DNA of 64,000 nucleotides from a bacterium (lineage in GTDB: Bacteria; Patescibacteriota; Minisyncoccia; UBA6257; WO2-44-18). Location of the stretch: NCBI GenBank assembly GCA_030689595.1, contig JAUYHP010000001.1:15628-79627 (forward strand), written 5' to 3'. The number at the start of each line of letters is the position of its first letter. Positions within the stretch are counted from its first letter, which is position 1. The notes under the pieces were generated by a model, which was not told the DNA's origin, ran no database searches, and saw only the letters and a program-made list of their open reading frames with translations. A program made the position numbers and the translations under genes. Shown here piece by piece: positions 1 through 9,121 of the stretch.

Positions 1-1
1 A

Positions 2-277
2 TTGAAAGGTTTAGCCGCAAATCACGTTTATCATTTTGATTTAAAGCATTTGGATGAGTGTGACATCGCGGTGCTTTATCTGCCCGCTGGAAAGTCTGGT
101 CATTTGGAATTGGGATATGCTATTGGAAGAGGCAAAATTGGCTATATCTTGTTAGATAATCCCGAAAGATGGGATGTGATGTATTTGTTCGCTGAAGGCG
201 TATTTCATAGTTTTGGAGAACTGGAAAAAGAATTGAAAAGAGTAAAGAAAGAAGCAAAAAAGATAAATAAAAAATAA
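2..277 (+). CDS. nucleoside 2-deoxyribosyltransferase-like protein. C-terminal part only, because the 5' end lies outside the window.
   Basis: ORF runs to the window edge. The motif ...PAGKSGHLELGYAIGRGK... resembles the nucleoside deoxyribosyltransferase family core. Confidence 0.45.
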   Translation: MKGLAANHVYHFDLKHLDECDIAVLYLPAGKSGHLELGYAIGRGKIGYILLDNPERWDVMYLFAEGVFHSFGELEKELKRVKKEAKKINKK

Positions 278-476
278 AAACCACTCAAAAGAGTGGATTG
301 ATCGTGTTGTTGGATTATCCCATTGGTGTAGGAATTGCGATCAGCCATCGAAGGCGGTGAAGGATAATGCTTCTATTGATGGCGACAAACCAGAAGGCGA
401 TCGTTCTAACTTAATGGGCGTTAGTTGTTTGTAATAATTGTGGCGTTGCGACCAAGCTAAATATTCATTAAATTTT

Positions 477-502
477 AAAACCCCGCTAAAGCGGGGTTTT
501 TC
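477..502. terminator. Rho-independent terminator-like hairpin, bidirectional.
   Basis: aaaa-CCCCGCtaaaGCGGGG-ttttt. Confidence 0.55.
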
Positions 503-574
503 AAATGGTTGTTTTCTGTTTGGTATAAGCGTATGATGACAGCTGGGCTTATTGATAACCGAAAAGGAGGAGTC

Positions 575-907
575 ATGCTTAAAGGTATTTGTTATTTTCA
601 TTCGGAGACCGGGACAGAGGGTGGCTACTGGGCGTTTCAGGACAGTAGACATATTTCTTCTGAAGGATGGTCCTACGATGGGTTGCATATACTCGAAGAC
701 GGGGACAGCCTTACTATTTTTTCGCCTGATGATCCTTCACAAATTGTTTGGTCTGGAACAATCTCATTACATCAATACCCTTCCTCAATCGAAAGCGTAT
801 CCGGGTTTTGGATTCATGCTGACCAAAGAGGAGTTGATCGAGAAATATGGGCTAGATATTTTTTTGATGAATATCCCGCCGAGTTAGTTCCTGTCCGCAA
901 GCCATAG
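575..907 (+). CDS. hypothetical protein, about 110 aa
   Basis: Strong SD (AAAGGAGG) lies 5 nt before the ATG at 575. It is in frame with ORF 509..907. No family recognised. Confidence 0.45.
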   Translation: MLKGICYFHSETGTEGGYWAFQDSRHISSEGWSYDGLHILEDGDSLTIFSPDDPSQIVWSGTISLHQYPSSIESVSGFWIHADQRGVDREIWARYFFDEYPAELVPVRKP

Positions 908-952
908 AGCTTGCGGATTTTAATTTGTATGCAGTTTCGCACAAATCAAATT

Positions 953-1028
953 TGGTGGACCGTAGGAGACTCGAACTCCTCACCTCTACTATGCCATAGT
1001 AGCGCTCTACCGGATGAGCTAACGGCCC
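953..1028 (-). tRNA. tRNA-Ala(GGC)
   Basis: The reverse complement folds as a cloverleaf with a G3:U70 pair, anticodon loop AUGGCAU, T-loop TTCGAGT and an encoded CCA. Confidence 0.85.
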
Positions 1029-1165
1029 CTAAAGCGCTTCGAGCGCTCGGGCGACGCTAGATTAGTGCTAGCGTTTAGCCGATATCAGACTTCACTTTAA
1101 TAAACTTTTGCGCTAATATCAATACGCTGTTCATTTATATGACCAGATAATAAGGAGTCGAGAAC

Positions 1166-1816
1166 ATGTCGATTTTGTTGATCGTGCCGGTGTTGGTCAT
1201 ATTAGTTTTTTCAGCCGTATTTCATGAAGTGGCTCATGGCTGGATGGCTTTGCGTTTTGGTGATTCGACTGCTCGGGATTATGGCAGGTTGACGCTAAAC
1301 CCAATTCCGCACATTGATCCAATGCTTACGATCTTTTTGCCAATGATGCTCATGTTGTTGGGCATGCCGATTATCGGCGGAGCTAAGCCAGTGCCGGTTG
1401 ATTATCAAAATTTACACCCTTTCCGTAGTGGAGTTTTCTGGGTAGGCGCCGCTGGCATTTTAACCAATTTTATTATTGTGGCTGTTGTTGGTATAATGTT
1501 GCGTCTGCTGATGGCTTTTGATATGGCGGCCGACATTACTATCGTTATCTTGTCATTGATTATTTGGATTAACTGCATCCTAGGCTTATTCAACTTATTA
1601 CCCATGCCACCTCTAGATGGTTCCAAGATGCTCTTTTCGGCTTTGGGCCTGTCATACGATCAGCAGGTTGCCATCGAGATGAATAGCCGTTATTTCCTGA
1701 TAGGTTTGATAGTATTGGTTGTGTTTATGCCTGGATCGCTTTCATTTTTGTTTGCTAGCATCGACTTTCTTTTCCAATTGGCCGCCGGTTTTTCATTTTC
1801 CGCTTTAACCGGTTGA
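1166..1816 (+). CDS. site-2 protease family zinc metalloprotease (peptidase M50-like), a polytopic membrane protein.
   Basis: The HEVAHG (HExxH) motif sits in the first TM helix and is followed by GRLTLNPIPHIDP. The protein has multiple TM segments. Confidence 0.7.
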   Translation: MSILLIVPVLVILVFSAVFHEVAHGWMALRFGDSTARDYGRLTLNPIPHIDPMLTIFLPMMLMLLGMPIIGGAKPVPVDYQNLHPFRSGVFWVGAAGILTNFIIVAVVGIMLRLLMAFDMAADITIVILSLIIWINCILGLFNLLPMPPLDGSKMLFSALGLSYDQQVAIEMNSRYFLIGLIVLVVFMPGSLSFLFASIDFLFQLAAGFSFSALTG

Positions 1817-1825
1817 GTATAAAAA

Positions 1826-1857
1826 TTAAAACCCCGACATGTGTCGGGGTTTTAATT
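1826..1857. terminator. Bidirectional intrinsic terminator between the convergent genes.
   Basis: aaaa-CCCCGACatgtGTCGGGG-tttt. Confidence 0.75.
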
Positions 1858-2640
1858 TTTATCTAGAGACTGGCTTAAAATTTTCTGGAAGACTTCACGG
1901 AATTCTTCGATGCTGGTCACTTCGGCATCTCGAAGAGCGTCCACTAATTTCTGCCAGCGTTTTTCATAAGAGGCAGCTATTTTTTTGGCGGTTTCTGTGT
2001 GAAGTTGCTCTTTTGCTTCTTTGGCACTTTGTTCGGCTGAAGCCATGGCCTTGCGAATATTTCCACCGTCTTGTGCGTAAAAATCGCCATCTGGCATTTG
2101 CCTAATTTCTATTATTTTTTTAAATCCCCATATATCAATCTGATCGAGAAGATCGGCATCGCGTAGGGCAAACTCTTCTGGCGTAGTTGGCTCGGGTAGC
2201 CCAACTTCGTTTTCGTCGGCCCAGCGTTTTATAAAGGGGATGGCGCTGTGTGCCATTATCATATCTCTTATTTCTTCAGATAGTGCCGGCGATTTCCCCA
2301 GATCTCTTAGAAATTCATATGTCATGCGTGCACCAGTTATGTGGTGCTCAAATGTATCAATTCCTCCAGGATGTGCGGATCTTAATTTCCCACAATCATG
2401 GCAGATGGCGGCTAGCTCTAGTTTATTTATATCCAGAAATTCATTCTCGGCTATCCAGCGAGCATTTTCAGCTACGCGTTCGGCGTGATCGGTATTTTCT
2501 TTTACCAGCTCTGGAGTAACCTTACCGTTTTCGCGCAACTCTTTATTATAAGTGTCTTTTAGAAATTGCTGAGCCCTAAGGATGTCTTCCCGCTCTATCG
2601 AGTTGCTGGATTCTTTTTCTGCTGGTATATCTTCGTACAT
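1852..2640 (-). CDS. HD-domain phosphohydrolase
   Basis: H...HD motif (AAICHDCGKL) with downstream His/Asp residues, about 260 aa. Confidence 0.6.
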   Translation of the reverse strand: MYEDIPAEKESSNSIEREDILRAQQFLKDTYNKELRENGKVTPELVKENTDHAERVAENARWIAENEFLDINKLELAAICHDCGKLRSAHPGGIDTFEHHITGARMTYEFLRDLGKSPALSEEIRDMIMAHSAIPFIKRWADENEVGLPEPTTPEEFALRDADLLDQIDIWGFKKIIEIRQMPDGDFYAQDGGNIRKAMASAEQSAKEAKEQLHTETAKKIAASYEKRWQKLVDALRDAEVTSIEEFREVFQKILSQSLDKN

Positions 2641-2760
2641 AAATTTAGGTTAGCAATAAGTTTTTGTTTTAACAATAAGATTCATTGGCATGAGGTCCGC
2701 CTTTGTTGGAGTGCGTTATTTTGAGTGATAAGCGACTGTTCAAACTTGCAATTTCCTACG

Positions 2761-2835
2761 TGGTGCCCTCGAGAGGAATCGAACCTCTATCAGCGCGTTA
2801 GGAGTGCACTGTTCTATCCATTGAACTACGAGGGC
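2761..2835 (-). tRNA. tRNA-Arg(CCU)
   Basis: Cloverleaf with anticodon loop CUCCUAA and an encoded CCA. The anticodon stem has one A-C mismatch. Confidence 0.8.
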
Positions 2836-2951
2836 TAAGCCATTGATTTTTAAAGGCGTCGCTGTTATAATATAGATAACTATTATTAATAAGACAAGTC
2901 AGTTCCCTAAAAAATTCTAAAAAATGAAGAATTTAGCGAACATAAAATCAT

Positions 2952-4442
2952 ATGTTAACAACAGTTCTGTCAGCGGCAGGGGCTTTAGTCTTTGGTGCAG
3001 TTTTAGGCTATTTTGTTCGTCAGTTACTCGTATCTAAAAAGGTAGCGTCAGCCGAACAACAAGTCAGCGGTATTATTAAAGAGGCCAAAGAGAAGGCGGA
3101 ATCTTTGGTTGAGGAAGCCCGCAAAGAACAGCGTGAACAGAAAGCACAATTGGACAAGTTGGAAGAGAGGATCATTAAGAAAGAAGAAATAACTGAACAA
3201 AGATCTCAATCTTTGGTTGAGCGAGAGGGGAGGCTGGAGCAGTCTGAGAGCGACTTTAAATCTGTAAAAGCCAAGGTTGATGAATTGCAGAAGCAGGTTT
3301 TGGTTGAGCTAGAGAAGGTTGCTAATTTGACTTCTGATGAGGCGCGAAAGAACTTGTTGCAGAAAGTGGAAGCTGACTATCGCGATGATTTGGTGGTTGT
3401 TATTCAGCGGCTAGAAAAAGAAAAACGCGAGGAGATAGAAAAAAAGAGCTTAGATATTATTACTACTGCTATTCAGCGCTATGCTCGCGCTCACGTGTCA
3501 GAGTTAACCACTAGTGTTTTTCATCTGCCTAGCGATGACCTTAAAGGCAAGATTATCGGTCGCGAAGGACGTAATATTAGAACCTTAGAGCGAGCAGCTG
3601 GGGTAGAAATTGTTGTTGATGAAACTCCAGAGAATGTAGTTATCTCCTCATTTGACCCGTTGCGTCGTGAGATCGCCAAATTGGCCTTGGACAAGTTAAT
3701 CAAGGACGGGCGTTTTCAGCCAGCTAAAATTGAGGAAAAAGTTGAGGAGGCTAGGCAGGATATGAATAAGCGCATGAATGAAATTGGCGAAGAGGCGGCG
3801 CTGGAAGTCGGTGTCGTTGGTTTGCCGCAGGAAATAATTCAATTAGTCGGCAGGCTGCATTTTAGGACCAGTTATGGCCAGAATGTATTAACTCATTCCA
3901 TTGAAATGGCTTATATATCAGGCATGATTGCGGCCGAATTGGGCGCTAATGTGGAGGTAGCTAAAAAGGGCGCGTTGCTACACGATATTGGCAAGGCTAT
4001 CAGCCATGAAGTTGAGGGTACGCACGTTAATTTGGGCATGAAGCTTCTAAAGAAATATGGGATCAGCGACGCCGTAATTGATGCTATGCGATCTCATCAT
4101 GAAGAGTATCCTTATGCCACACCAGAATCTTACATAGTTTCAGCGGCTGATGTTATTTCTGCTGGTAGGCCAGGCGCGCGCCGGGATACTGTTGAACATT
4201 ACATTAAACGCCTACAAGATTTAGAAAAAATAGCCACTAGTTTCGAAGGGGTCAAAAATGCTTATGCGCTTTCGGCTGGTAGAGAGATAAGGGTTTTCAT
4301 AACGCCAGAGAAGATTGATGATTTTGGCGCATTACAGCTAGCTAAAAACATTGCTTCCAAGATCCAATCTGACTTAAAATATCCAGGGGAGATAAAAGTA
4401 AATGTTATTCGTGAGATGAGAGCAGTGGAATATGCTAAGTAG
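2952..4442 (+). CDS. rny: ribonuclease Y
   Basis: N-terminal TM helix, a long coiled-coil, a KH domain (GREGRNIRTLE...VDETP) and an HD domain (LLHDIGKA). 496 aa. Confidence 0.9.
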   Translation: MLTTVLSAAGALVFGAVLGYFVRQLLVSKKVASAEQQVSGIIKEAKEKAESLVEEARKEQREQKAQLDKLEERIIKKEEITEQRSQSLVEREGRLEQSESDFKSVKAKVDELQKQVLVELEKVANLTSDEARKNLLQKVEADYRDDLVVVIQRLEKEKREEIEKKSLDIITTAIQRYARAHVSELTTSVFHLPSDDLKGKIIGREGRNIRTLERAAGVEIVVDETPENVVISSFDPLRREIAKLALDKLIKDGRFQPAKIEEKVEEARQDMNKRMNEIGEEAALEVGVVGLPQEIIQLVGRLHFRTSYGQNVLTHSIEMAYISGMIAAELGANVEVAKKGALLHDIGKAISHEVEGTHVNLGMKLLKKYGISDAVIDAMRSHHEEYPYATPESYIVSAADVISAGRPGARRDTVEHYIKRLQDLEKIATSFEGVKNAYALSAGREIRVFITPEKIDDFGALQLAKNIASKIQSDLKYPGEIKVNVIREMRAVEYAK

Positions 4443-4484
4443 CATTAAAAGGTCGAGATAGTAATCGCAAATCAAGAACACTTT

Positions 4485-4760
4485 ATGAAGAAAGACGATT
4501 TAATAGCGGCAGTGATGAAGGCGGCAAGTCTAGACACGAAGAAGCAAGCCCAAGAGGCAGTCGAAACGGTTTTCTATACTATCACCAAGTCTTTAGGTCG
4601 TGGAGAGGAAGTGGCCGTGGCTGGCTTTGGAGCTTTCCGAGTAGCCAAGAGCGCGGCGCGCATGGGAGTCAATCCAAAAACCGGAGAGAAAATCAAAATC
4701 AAGGCGTCAATTAGGCCAAAATTCAGAGCGGCCAAAGCACTTAAGGACGCAGTTAAATAG
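4485..4760 (+). CDS. hup: DNA-binding protein HU
   Basis: 91 aa. The HU/IHF family signature ...GFGAFRVAKSAARMGVNPKTGEKIKI... is present. Confidence 0.9.
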   Translation: MKKDDLIAAVMKAASLDTKKQAQEAVETVFYTITKSLGRGEEVAVAGFGAFRVAKSAARMGVNPKTGEKIKIKASIRPKFRAAKALKDAVK

Positions 4761-4764
4761 TTAT

Positions 4765-4793
4765 CAAAAAATCCCCCAACGGGGGATTTTTTA
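4765..4793. terminator. Bidirectional intrinsic terminator between hup and the convergent sigma operon.
   Basis: aaaaa-ATCCCCCaacGGGGGAT-ttttt. Confidence 0.75.
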
Positions 4794-5567
4794 TAGGCCC
4801 AGCATTTCTTTGAGTAGGGCGCTCATCTTGAAGAATTCTTTATAGGCATCCTTAATTTTATTGAGTGCGGCCTCGATCAGTTCTCCAATGGTGGGTGGCG
4901 TCTCTTCGTCCTCGGCGATAGGCGGGGTAGTCGTAGCTAGTAATAGATTCTGCGCTTGTTTATTTAAAACTTCGGCCTCCTGAAGGGCTGCGGCCGCGTT
5001 AGCTAGTGGCGGTGTTAGTGCCGAAATTTTTATAACTTTAGAACTTCTAAATCTTTTGATATCGACGCTAATCTTGTTCAATCTACTTTTGGCTATTATG
5101 AGTAAGTCAGCTTCTCTGAATGTCCAGATAAAGTTGGCGATTTTTTTAACATTGATATTGTATTCTTCGTGCCAAGTTTTGAAGTCGGCGGCCAATAGTT
5201 GTAGTTCCTTCTGCGTTAAGCTGTTGTTAATTAACGCGTCTTCTAGAGAATCGAAATACATTATATAGCTCTCTAGATCTTCCGAGAATTGCCCTTGTAG
5301 TTCGATGTATTCATCTTCAAGGACATCAATAGCAGAGAGCTTAGCCATTAATTCTTCCACTTCCAATCTAGATAGGTCTAATATCTTTAACAATGCTGTG
5401 CGGCGGCTTTCTAAGGTTTCAACTTTTTCATCTTTTACGTCAACCACGACTTTAAGGGCAGACTTAAGCGCCTCAGATTGGGCATATACATCAAAACGGG
5501 GCAGTGTTAACAGAGCCCCGCTGACGATCACGCCTAATAATAGTGTTTTATAGCTCAGATACTTCAT
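4791..5567 (-). CDS. secreted coiled-coil protein of unknown function. It is the last gene of the ECF sigma operon.
   Basis: N-terminal signal peptide (MKYLSYKTLLLGVIVSGALLTLP...A). It overlaps the upstream gene by 20 nt. Confidence 0.5.
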   Translation of the reverse strand: MKYLSYKTLLLGVIVSGALLTLPRFDVYAQSEALKSALKVVVDVKDEKVETLESRRTALLKILDLSRLEVEELMAKLSAIDVLEDEYIELQGQFSEDLESYIMYFDSLEDALINNSLTQKELQLLAADFKTWHEEYNINVKKIANFIWTFREADLLIIAKSRLNKISVDIKRFRSSKVIKISALTPPLANAAAALQEAEVLNKQAQNLLLATTTPPIAEDEETPPTIGELIEAALNKIKDAYKEFFKMSALLKEMLGL

Positions 5568-5952
5568 CTTGTGAAACTCTATCTAGCAAAGCGGCAACTT
5601 CTTTAGCCGATTTATCGTAGTAATTAAGCTCGCTTAAGTGTATTTCAAAATCTAATGAATTGGCCTCGCGCAACAAACCCTCCTGATTTAGCTCGGTGAT
5701 TAAGGTTGGCGCCAAATTTAGATTGAAGTAAGACAAGCCGCCAGCTACTACCAGAACCAACAAAGTACCCAAAGTCAGTGCACTAGCAAATTTTACGCTG
5801 TCCCATAAATTCCATTGAAAACGACGACGGCCCAAATTGGTTTTTTGACTGGAAGCCAAAATAGACGCTTTAGAATAGCGGGCGAAATCTTCGCTAGGCT
5901 TAATCGCCTTAAGAGATTCTAGGGTTTTAATTATTTTCTGTTCCATCGTCAT
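5548..5952 (-). CDS. putative membrane-anchored anti-sigma factor
   Basis: It follows the ECF sigma gene with a 26-nt overlap. It has a single TM helix (ALTLGTLLVLVVAGGL). The assignment rests on position and topology only. Confidence 0.4.
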   Translation of the reverse strand: MTMEQKIIKTLESLKAIKPSEDFARYSKASILASSQKTNLGRRRFQWNLWDSVKFASALTLGTLLVLVVAGGLSYFNLNLAPTLITELNQEGLLREANSLDFEIHLSELNYYDKSAKEVAALLDRVSQDEVSEL

Positions 5953-6484
5953 CGATTAAGATATCCTTTAATTTGTTTATGCCTCTATGTTGTAACAACC
6001 TTATGGCGCCCTCGCTCTTATCCAGGGCGGCAGCAATTTCTTGATGAGATAGATCTTCTACGAACTTCATCAGTATGACGTCCTGCTGCTCTGGGCTAAT
6101 ATGCTTCATGGCCTGACGAATCTTTTTTATATCTAATTCATTGTCTAGCTTTAGCTCATCAAACCCATGGGTCCTGAAAACATCTTCGTCGATGTCATCT
6201 ATGCTGGAATGGTGTTTTTGAGTCCGGTAATGGTCGATGACGCGATTGCGGGCGATCTGATATAGCCAACTCGAGAAAGGGAACCCTTGAGAGGCGTAGC
6301 GGCCAATGTTCTGCCAGGCGCTCATGAACACCTCATGAGTCAAGTCTTCGGCTAATTGGCGTTGACTCACCTTCAGGACCACAAAACGGTATATTTGAGG
6401 TAAATAATGACTATATAGTTCCCCAAAAGACCCTGCGTCCCCGTCTTTGGATAATTGTATTAAGTTGTCTTCTTCTTCTACCAT
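5927..6484 (-). CDS. RNA polymerase sigma factor, ECF subfamily
   Basis: Sigma-70 region 2 (HEVFMSAWQNIGRY...WLYQIARNRVIDHYR) and region 4 (LSPEQQDVILMKFVEDLSHQEIAAALDKSEGAIRLLQHRG). Confidence 0.85.
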   Translation of the reverse strand: MVEEEDNLIQLSKDGDAGSFGELYSHYLPQIYRFVVLKVSQRQLAEDLTHEVFMSAWQNIGRYASQGFPFSSWLYQIARNRVIDHYRTQKHHSSIDDIDEDVFRTHGFDELKLDNELDIKKIRQAMKHISPEQQDVILMKFVEDLSHQEIAAALDKSEGAIRLLQHRGINKLKDILIDDDGTENN

Positions 6485-6487
6485 ATA

Positions 6488-6513
6488 GAACGAATAAATA
6501 CCCTTTCTGTTCC
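6488..6513 (-). promoter_or_regulatory. Candidate ECF-type autoregulatory promoter (GGAAC-N16-CGTTC).
   Basis: On the minus strand GGAAC is at 6513-6509, a 16-nt spacer follows and CGTTC is at 6492-6488. The annotated ATG is at 6484, only 3 nt downstream of the -10 element. That is unusually close and implies a leaderless transcript or a later start codon. Confidence 0.3.
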
Positions 6514-6772
6514 TAGTCTACAATGCTAATATTTTGCCCATAAAAACGCTCACTTTGAGCGGCCTTCAACTATAATTTATGACAGACTCAACTTGAAAAG
6601 TCAAAGCGCTTTGATGCCCATTTTGTGCGGTTTAGTCTCATCAATTGGAGGGCGTTATTAACATGGGGTTGCGCTTAGAATATAGGTCTGTATATAATGA
6701 GGGCATAGCTTAATAGGACAAAAAGTGCTATTATAACATAAAGGTCACATCTAAATATATTAAATTCTCATT

Positions 6773-6943
6773 ATGGCGGATTATACAGGTTATTGTGTGA
6801 AGTGTAAGGAGAAGGACCGAAAGATCATCGATGGCAAGGAGGTCGAGATGAACAAGAAGGGCGGCAAAAAGGGAAGGGCCTACACTGGTAACTGCGAAGT
6901 ATGTGGTACCAAGATGTACAGGATATTGCCAAGTGCCAAGTAA
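6773..6943 (+). CDS. small zinc-ribbon protein of 56 aa, not present in the supplied ORF track.
   Basis: Clean ATG..TAA ORF encoding MADYTGYCVKCKEKDRKIIDGKEVEMNKKGGKKGRAYTGNCEVCGTKMYRILPSAK. It has two CxxC pairs. No obvious SD. Confidence 0.4.
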   Translation: MADYTGYCVKCKEKDRKIIDGKEVEMNKKGGKKGRAYTGNCEVCGTKMYRILPSAK

Positions 6944-7035
6944 ATAGATCTATGAATAAAATGCCCCTCACTCGTCTCGCCTTGGCGATGGCTTGCTTGA
7001 AGGGGTGTTTTATTTTAGATTGTTAGTACCCTCTA

Positions 7036-7107
7036 GCCCCCGTAGTTCAATGGACAGAACGAGGGACTTCTAATCCCTAGATCGAGGTTCGATTCCTCGC
7101 GGGGGCA
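7036..7107 (+). tRNA. tRNA-Arg(UCU)
   Basis: Cloverleaf with anticodon loop CUUCUAA. CCA is not encoded. Confidence 0.85.
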
Positions 7108-7193
7108 TATCGTATCTAGCTTTTGGGGGCTCGGCTTGTCCCGCTTATCCATCTAGTGTGGGATTTTGCGGGGTTCCCTCCGAGGGCACAGTA

Positions 7194-7264
7194 CGGAGCG
7201 TAGTGTAATGGTAGCACGAGTCCTTTGGGAGGATTTAGTTCGGGTTCGAGTCCCGGCGCTCCGA
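7194..7264 (+). tRNA. tRNA-Pro(UGG)
   Basis: CGGAGCG acceptor stem and anticodon loop UUUGGGA. CCA is not encoded. Confidence 0.85.
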
Positions 7265-7417
7265 CATAGTTTGCTTGACCTTAGGTTGCTGGCATGATAA
7301 TGTGGCCAGCATAAGTTGTTGGGCGTACTTTCAAAACTTTTTTCCACTTTTACTTAGGAGAATGCGATGAGCCAGAGGAGCTTGCCAGGCGAAGCTGAAT
7401 TGAAATAGCTATTATCA

Positions 7418-8068
7418 ATGTGCATGCGGGCTGTTACGGAGAGGCTGGATAAGCTTGATGATTGCATGACGGGAGCTATAAACACTTGGCTGGATATCAG
7501 TAGCGGTGAGGCTATCACTGATGATGGCGAAGCCCTGCCTGATGTATCTGATAAATATAGAGATTTTGTGGTTGAGAGGATAGCCAGAAGGCTTATTGTC
7601 GGCGATCGTGCGCAGCCATTATTCTCGAATAAAGACTTCATAGATTTTTTACCAGTCTTGTTGGAGGATTTCGAAGATGCCGGCTTTGGCCTTGAAGAGG
7701 AGCACGTCGAGATACTGCGCGATAGCCTTGCCGCTCGTGATGATGATTCGTTTGTTCAAGGATTTTTTCAGATGACTGGGATTAAAGATCCATACGAAGT
7801 TTGTTATAAATGGATTTCTTCAGTTCAGACAATTGCTAACGAACATGGCCTGACGGTTGTTGGGTTAATGTCTAACCCAGAGGGAGTCAAGGCTGTTACT
7901 CGACATATTTATCCAACCGAAGCTGACTATCGTCGCGACCAGGATGAGGTTGTGGGCGCCATAGTAGCAGATTTTATAGCTATGGGGCATGATGTAGAGA
8001 TGATTAGTGAAATTAGACGAGCCGTGGAAAGCTTTATTGACCAAGAGGTGGCGGTAATTTACGGATAA
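7418..8068 (+). CDS. hypothetical acidic protein
   Basis: 216-aa ORF with no recognisable motif. A terminator hairpin follows at about 8075-8125. Confidence 0.45.
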   Translation: MCMRAVTERLDKLDDCMTGAINTWLDISSGEAITDDGEALPDVSDKYRDFVVERIARRLIVGDRAQPLFSNKDFIDFLPVLLEDFEDAGFGLEEEHVEILRDSLAARDDDSFVQGFFQMTGIKDPYEVCYKWISSVQTIANEHGLTVVGLMSNPEGVKAVTRHIYPTEADYRRDQDEVVGAIVADFIAMGHDVEMISEIRRAVESFIDQEVAVIYG

Positions 8069-8148
8069 ACTAATAAAATAGTTGGAGGCATCTCCCATAG
8101 GCAAGACCTGTGGGAGATTTTTTATTGTTAATAGGATATTATTTAACT

Positions 8149-9117
8149 ATGTTGCCAGCAGACATAAAAGATTTTAATCAGCAATTTGTTTATCAACCGG
8201 AAATCAAAAATGCCGGTAGATTAAAAAAGTTTAAGAAATTTGTTGTAGTTGGCGTGGGTGGCTCGAATTTAGCCGCCGGCCTTATCAAAATAGCCGAGCC
8301 TAATAGCGATATTATCATTCATCGTGACTATGGCTTGCCAGCGGCCAGCGACTTAAAAGAGCGGCTAATAATTTGTAGCTCTTATTCTGGTAATACCGAA
8401 GAAGTTATCAATGCATTGGATCTGGCTATTAAGAAAAAGCTTGCGGTTGCGGTTATTGCTACTGGAGGTAAATTATTAAAAAAGGCCAAAGCCAAAAGGG
8501 TTCCATATATAATTTTGCCAAACGTTGATATGCAGCCGCGGTCGGCAATCGGCTATGCTACTTTGGCATTGTTGGTAGCGATGCATGGCGATAAGTCTGT
8601 TCGAGCTGTTCAGCGACTGGCTGGGGTTGTAGATGCAGATGACTATATTGCTCTGGGCAAAGATTTGGCGCAGAAGTTGAGAAAAGTAGTCCCACTTATC
8701 TATGCCAGCGCCAAGAATGAATCGCTAGCTTACAACTTGAAAGTCCGTCTTAATGAAACTAGCAAAATCCCAACATTTATTAATGTTTTCCCGGAGCTTA
8801 ATCACAACGAGATGATTGGGTTTAATGGCGGCACTGTTGGCAAAAAACTTAATGATAATTTTCACTGTGTTTTTTTAGTGGATCCCAGCGACGGGGCCAG
8901 AATGTTAAAGAGGATGGCCGCAACGAAGCGTTTTTATAAAAAGATGGGCTTGCCGGTAACGACGATAAGCTTGGCTGGCCAAGATGCTTGGCGTAAAATT
9001 TTCAACACTATAATCTTGGCTGATTGGGTCGCATACTATTTGGCCGAATATTATAAAGTTGATCCTGGGCCAGTGCCTTTAGTAGAGAAGTTTAAAAAAC
9101 AGATAGCTGATAAGTAA
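8149..9117 (+). CDS. SIS-domain sugar isomerase, probably bifunctional phosphoglucose/phosphomannose isomerase.
   Basis: VVVGVGGSNLAAG and SSYSGNTEE SIS motifs, about 320 aa. The ATG at 8149 is preferred because the GTG at 8110 lies inside the upstream terminator T-run. Confidence 0.6.
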   Translation: MLPADIKDFNQQFVYQPEIKNAGRLKKFKKFVVVGVGGSNLAAGLIKIAEPNSDIIIHRDYGLPAASDLKERLIICSSYSGNTEEVINALDLAIKKKLAVAVIATGGKLLKKAKAKRVPYIILPNVDMQPRSAIGYATLALLVAMHGDKSVRAVQRLAGVVDADDYIALGKDLAQKLRKVVPLIYASAKNESLAYNLKVRLNETSKIPTFINVFPELNHNEMIGFNGGTVGKKLNDNFHCVFLVDPSDGARMLKRMAATKRFYKKMGLPVTTISLAGQDAWRKIFNTIILADWVAYYLAEYYKVDPGPVPLVEKFKKQIADK

Positions 9118-9121
9118 GAGG

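Noticed and set aside
341-907. ORFs 341..688(-) and 552..887(+).
   Set aside because: They overlap the better-supported 575..907(+) ORF, which has a consensus SD. No motif support.
7153-7641. ORFs 7153..7347(-) and 7354..7641(-).
   Set aside because: They overlap the tRNA-Arg and tRNA-Pro genes or lie antisense to them. Their composition is Ser/Arg-rich and non-protein-like. They are probably spurious.
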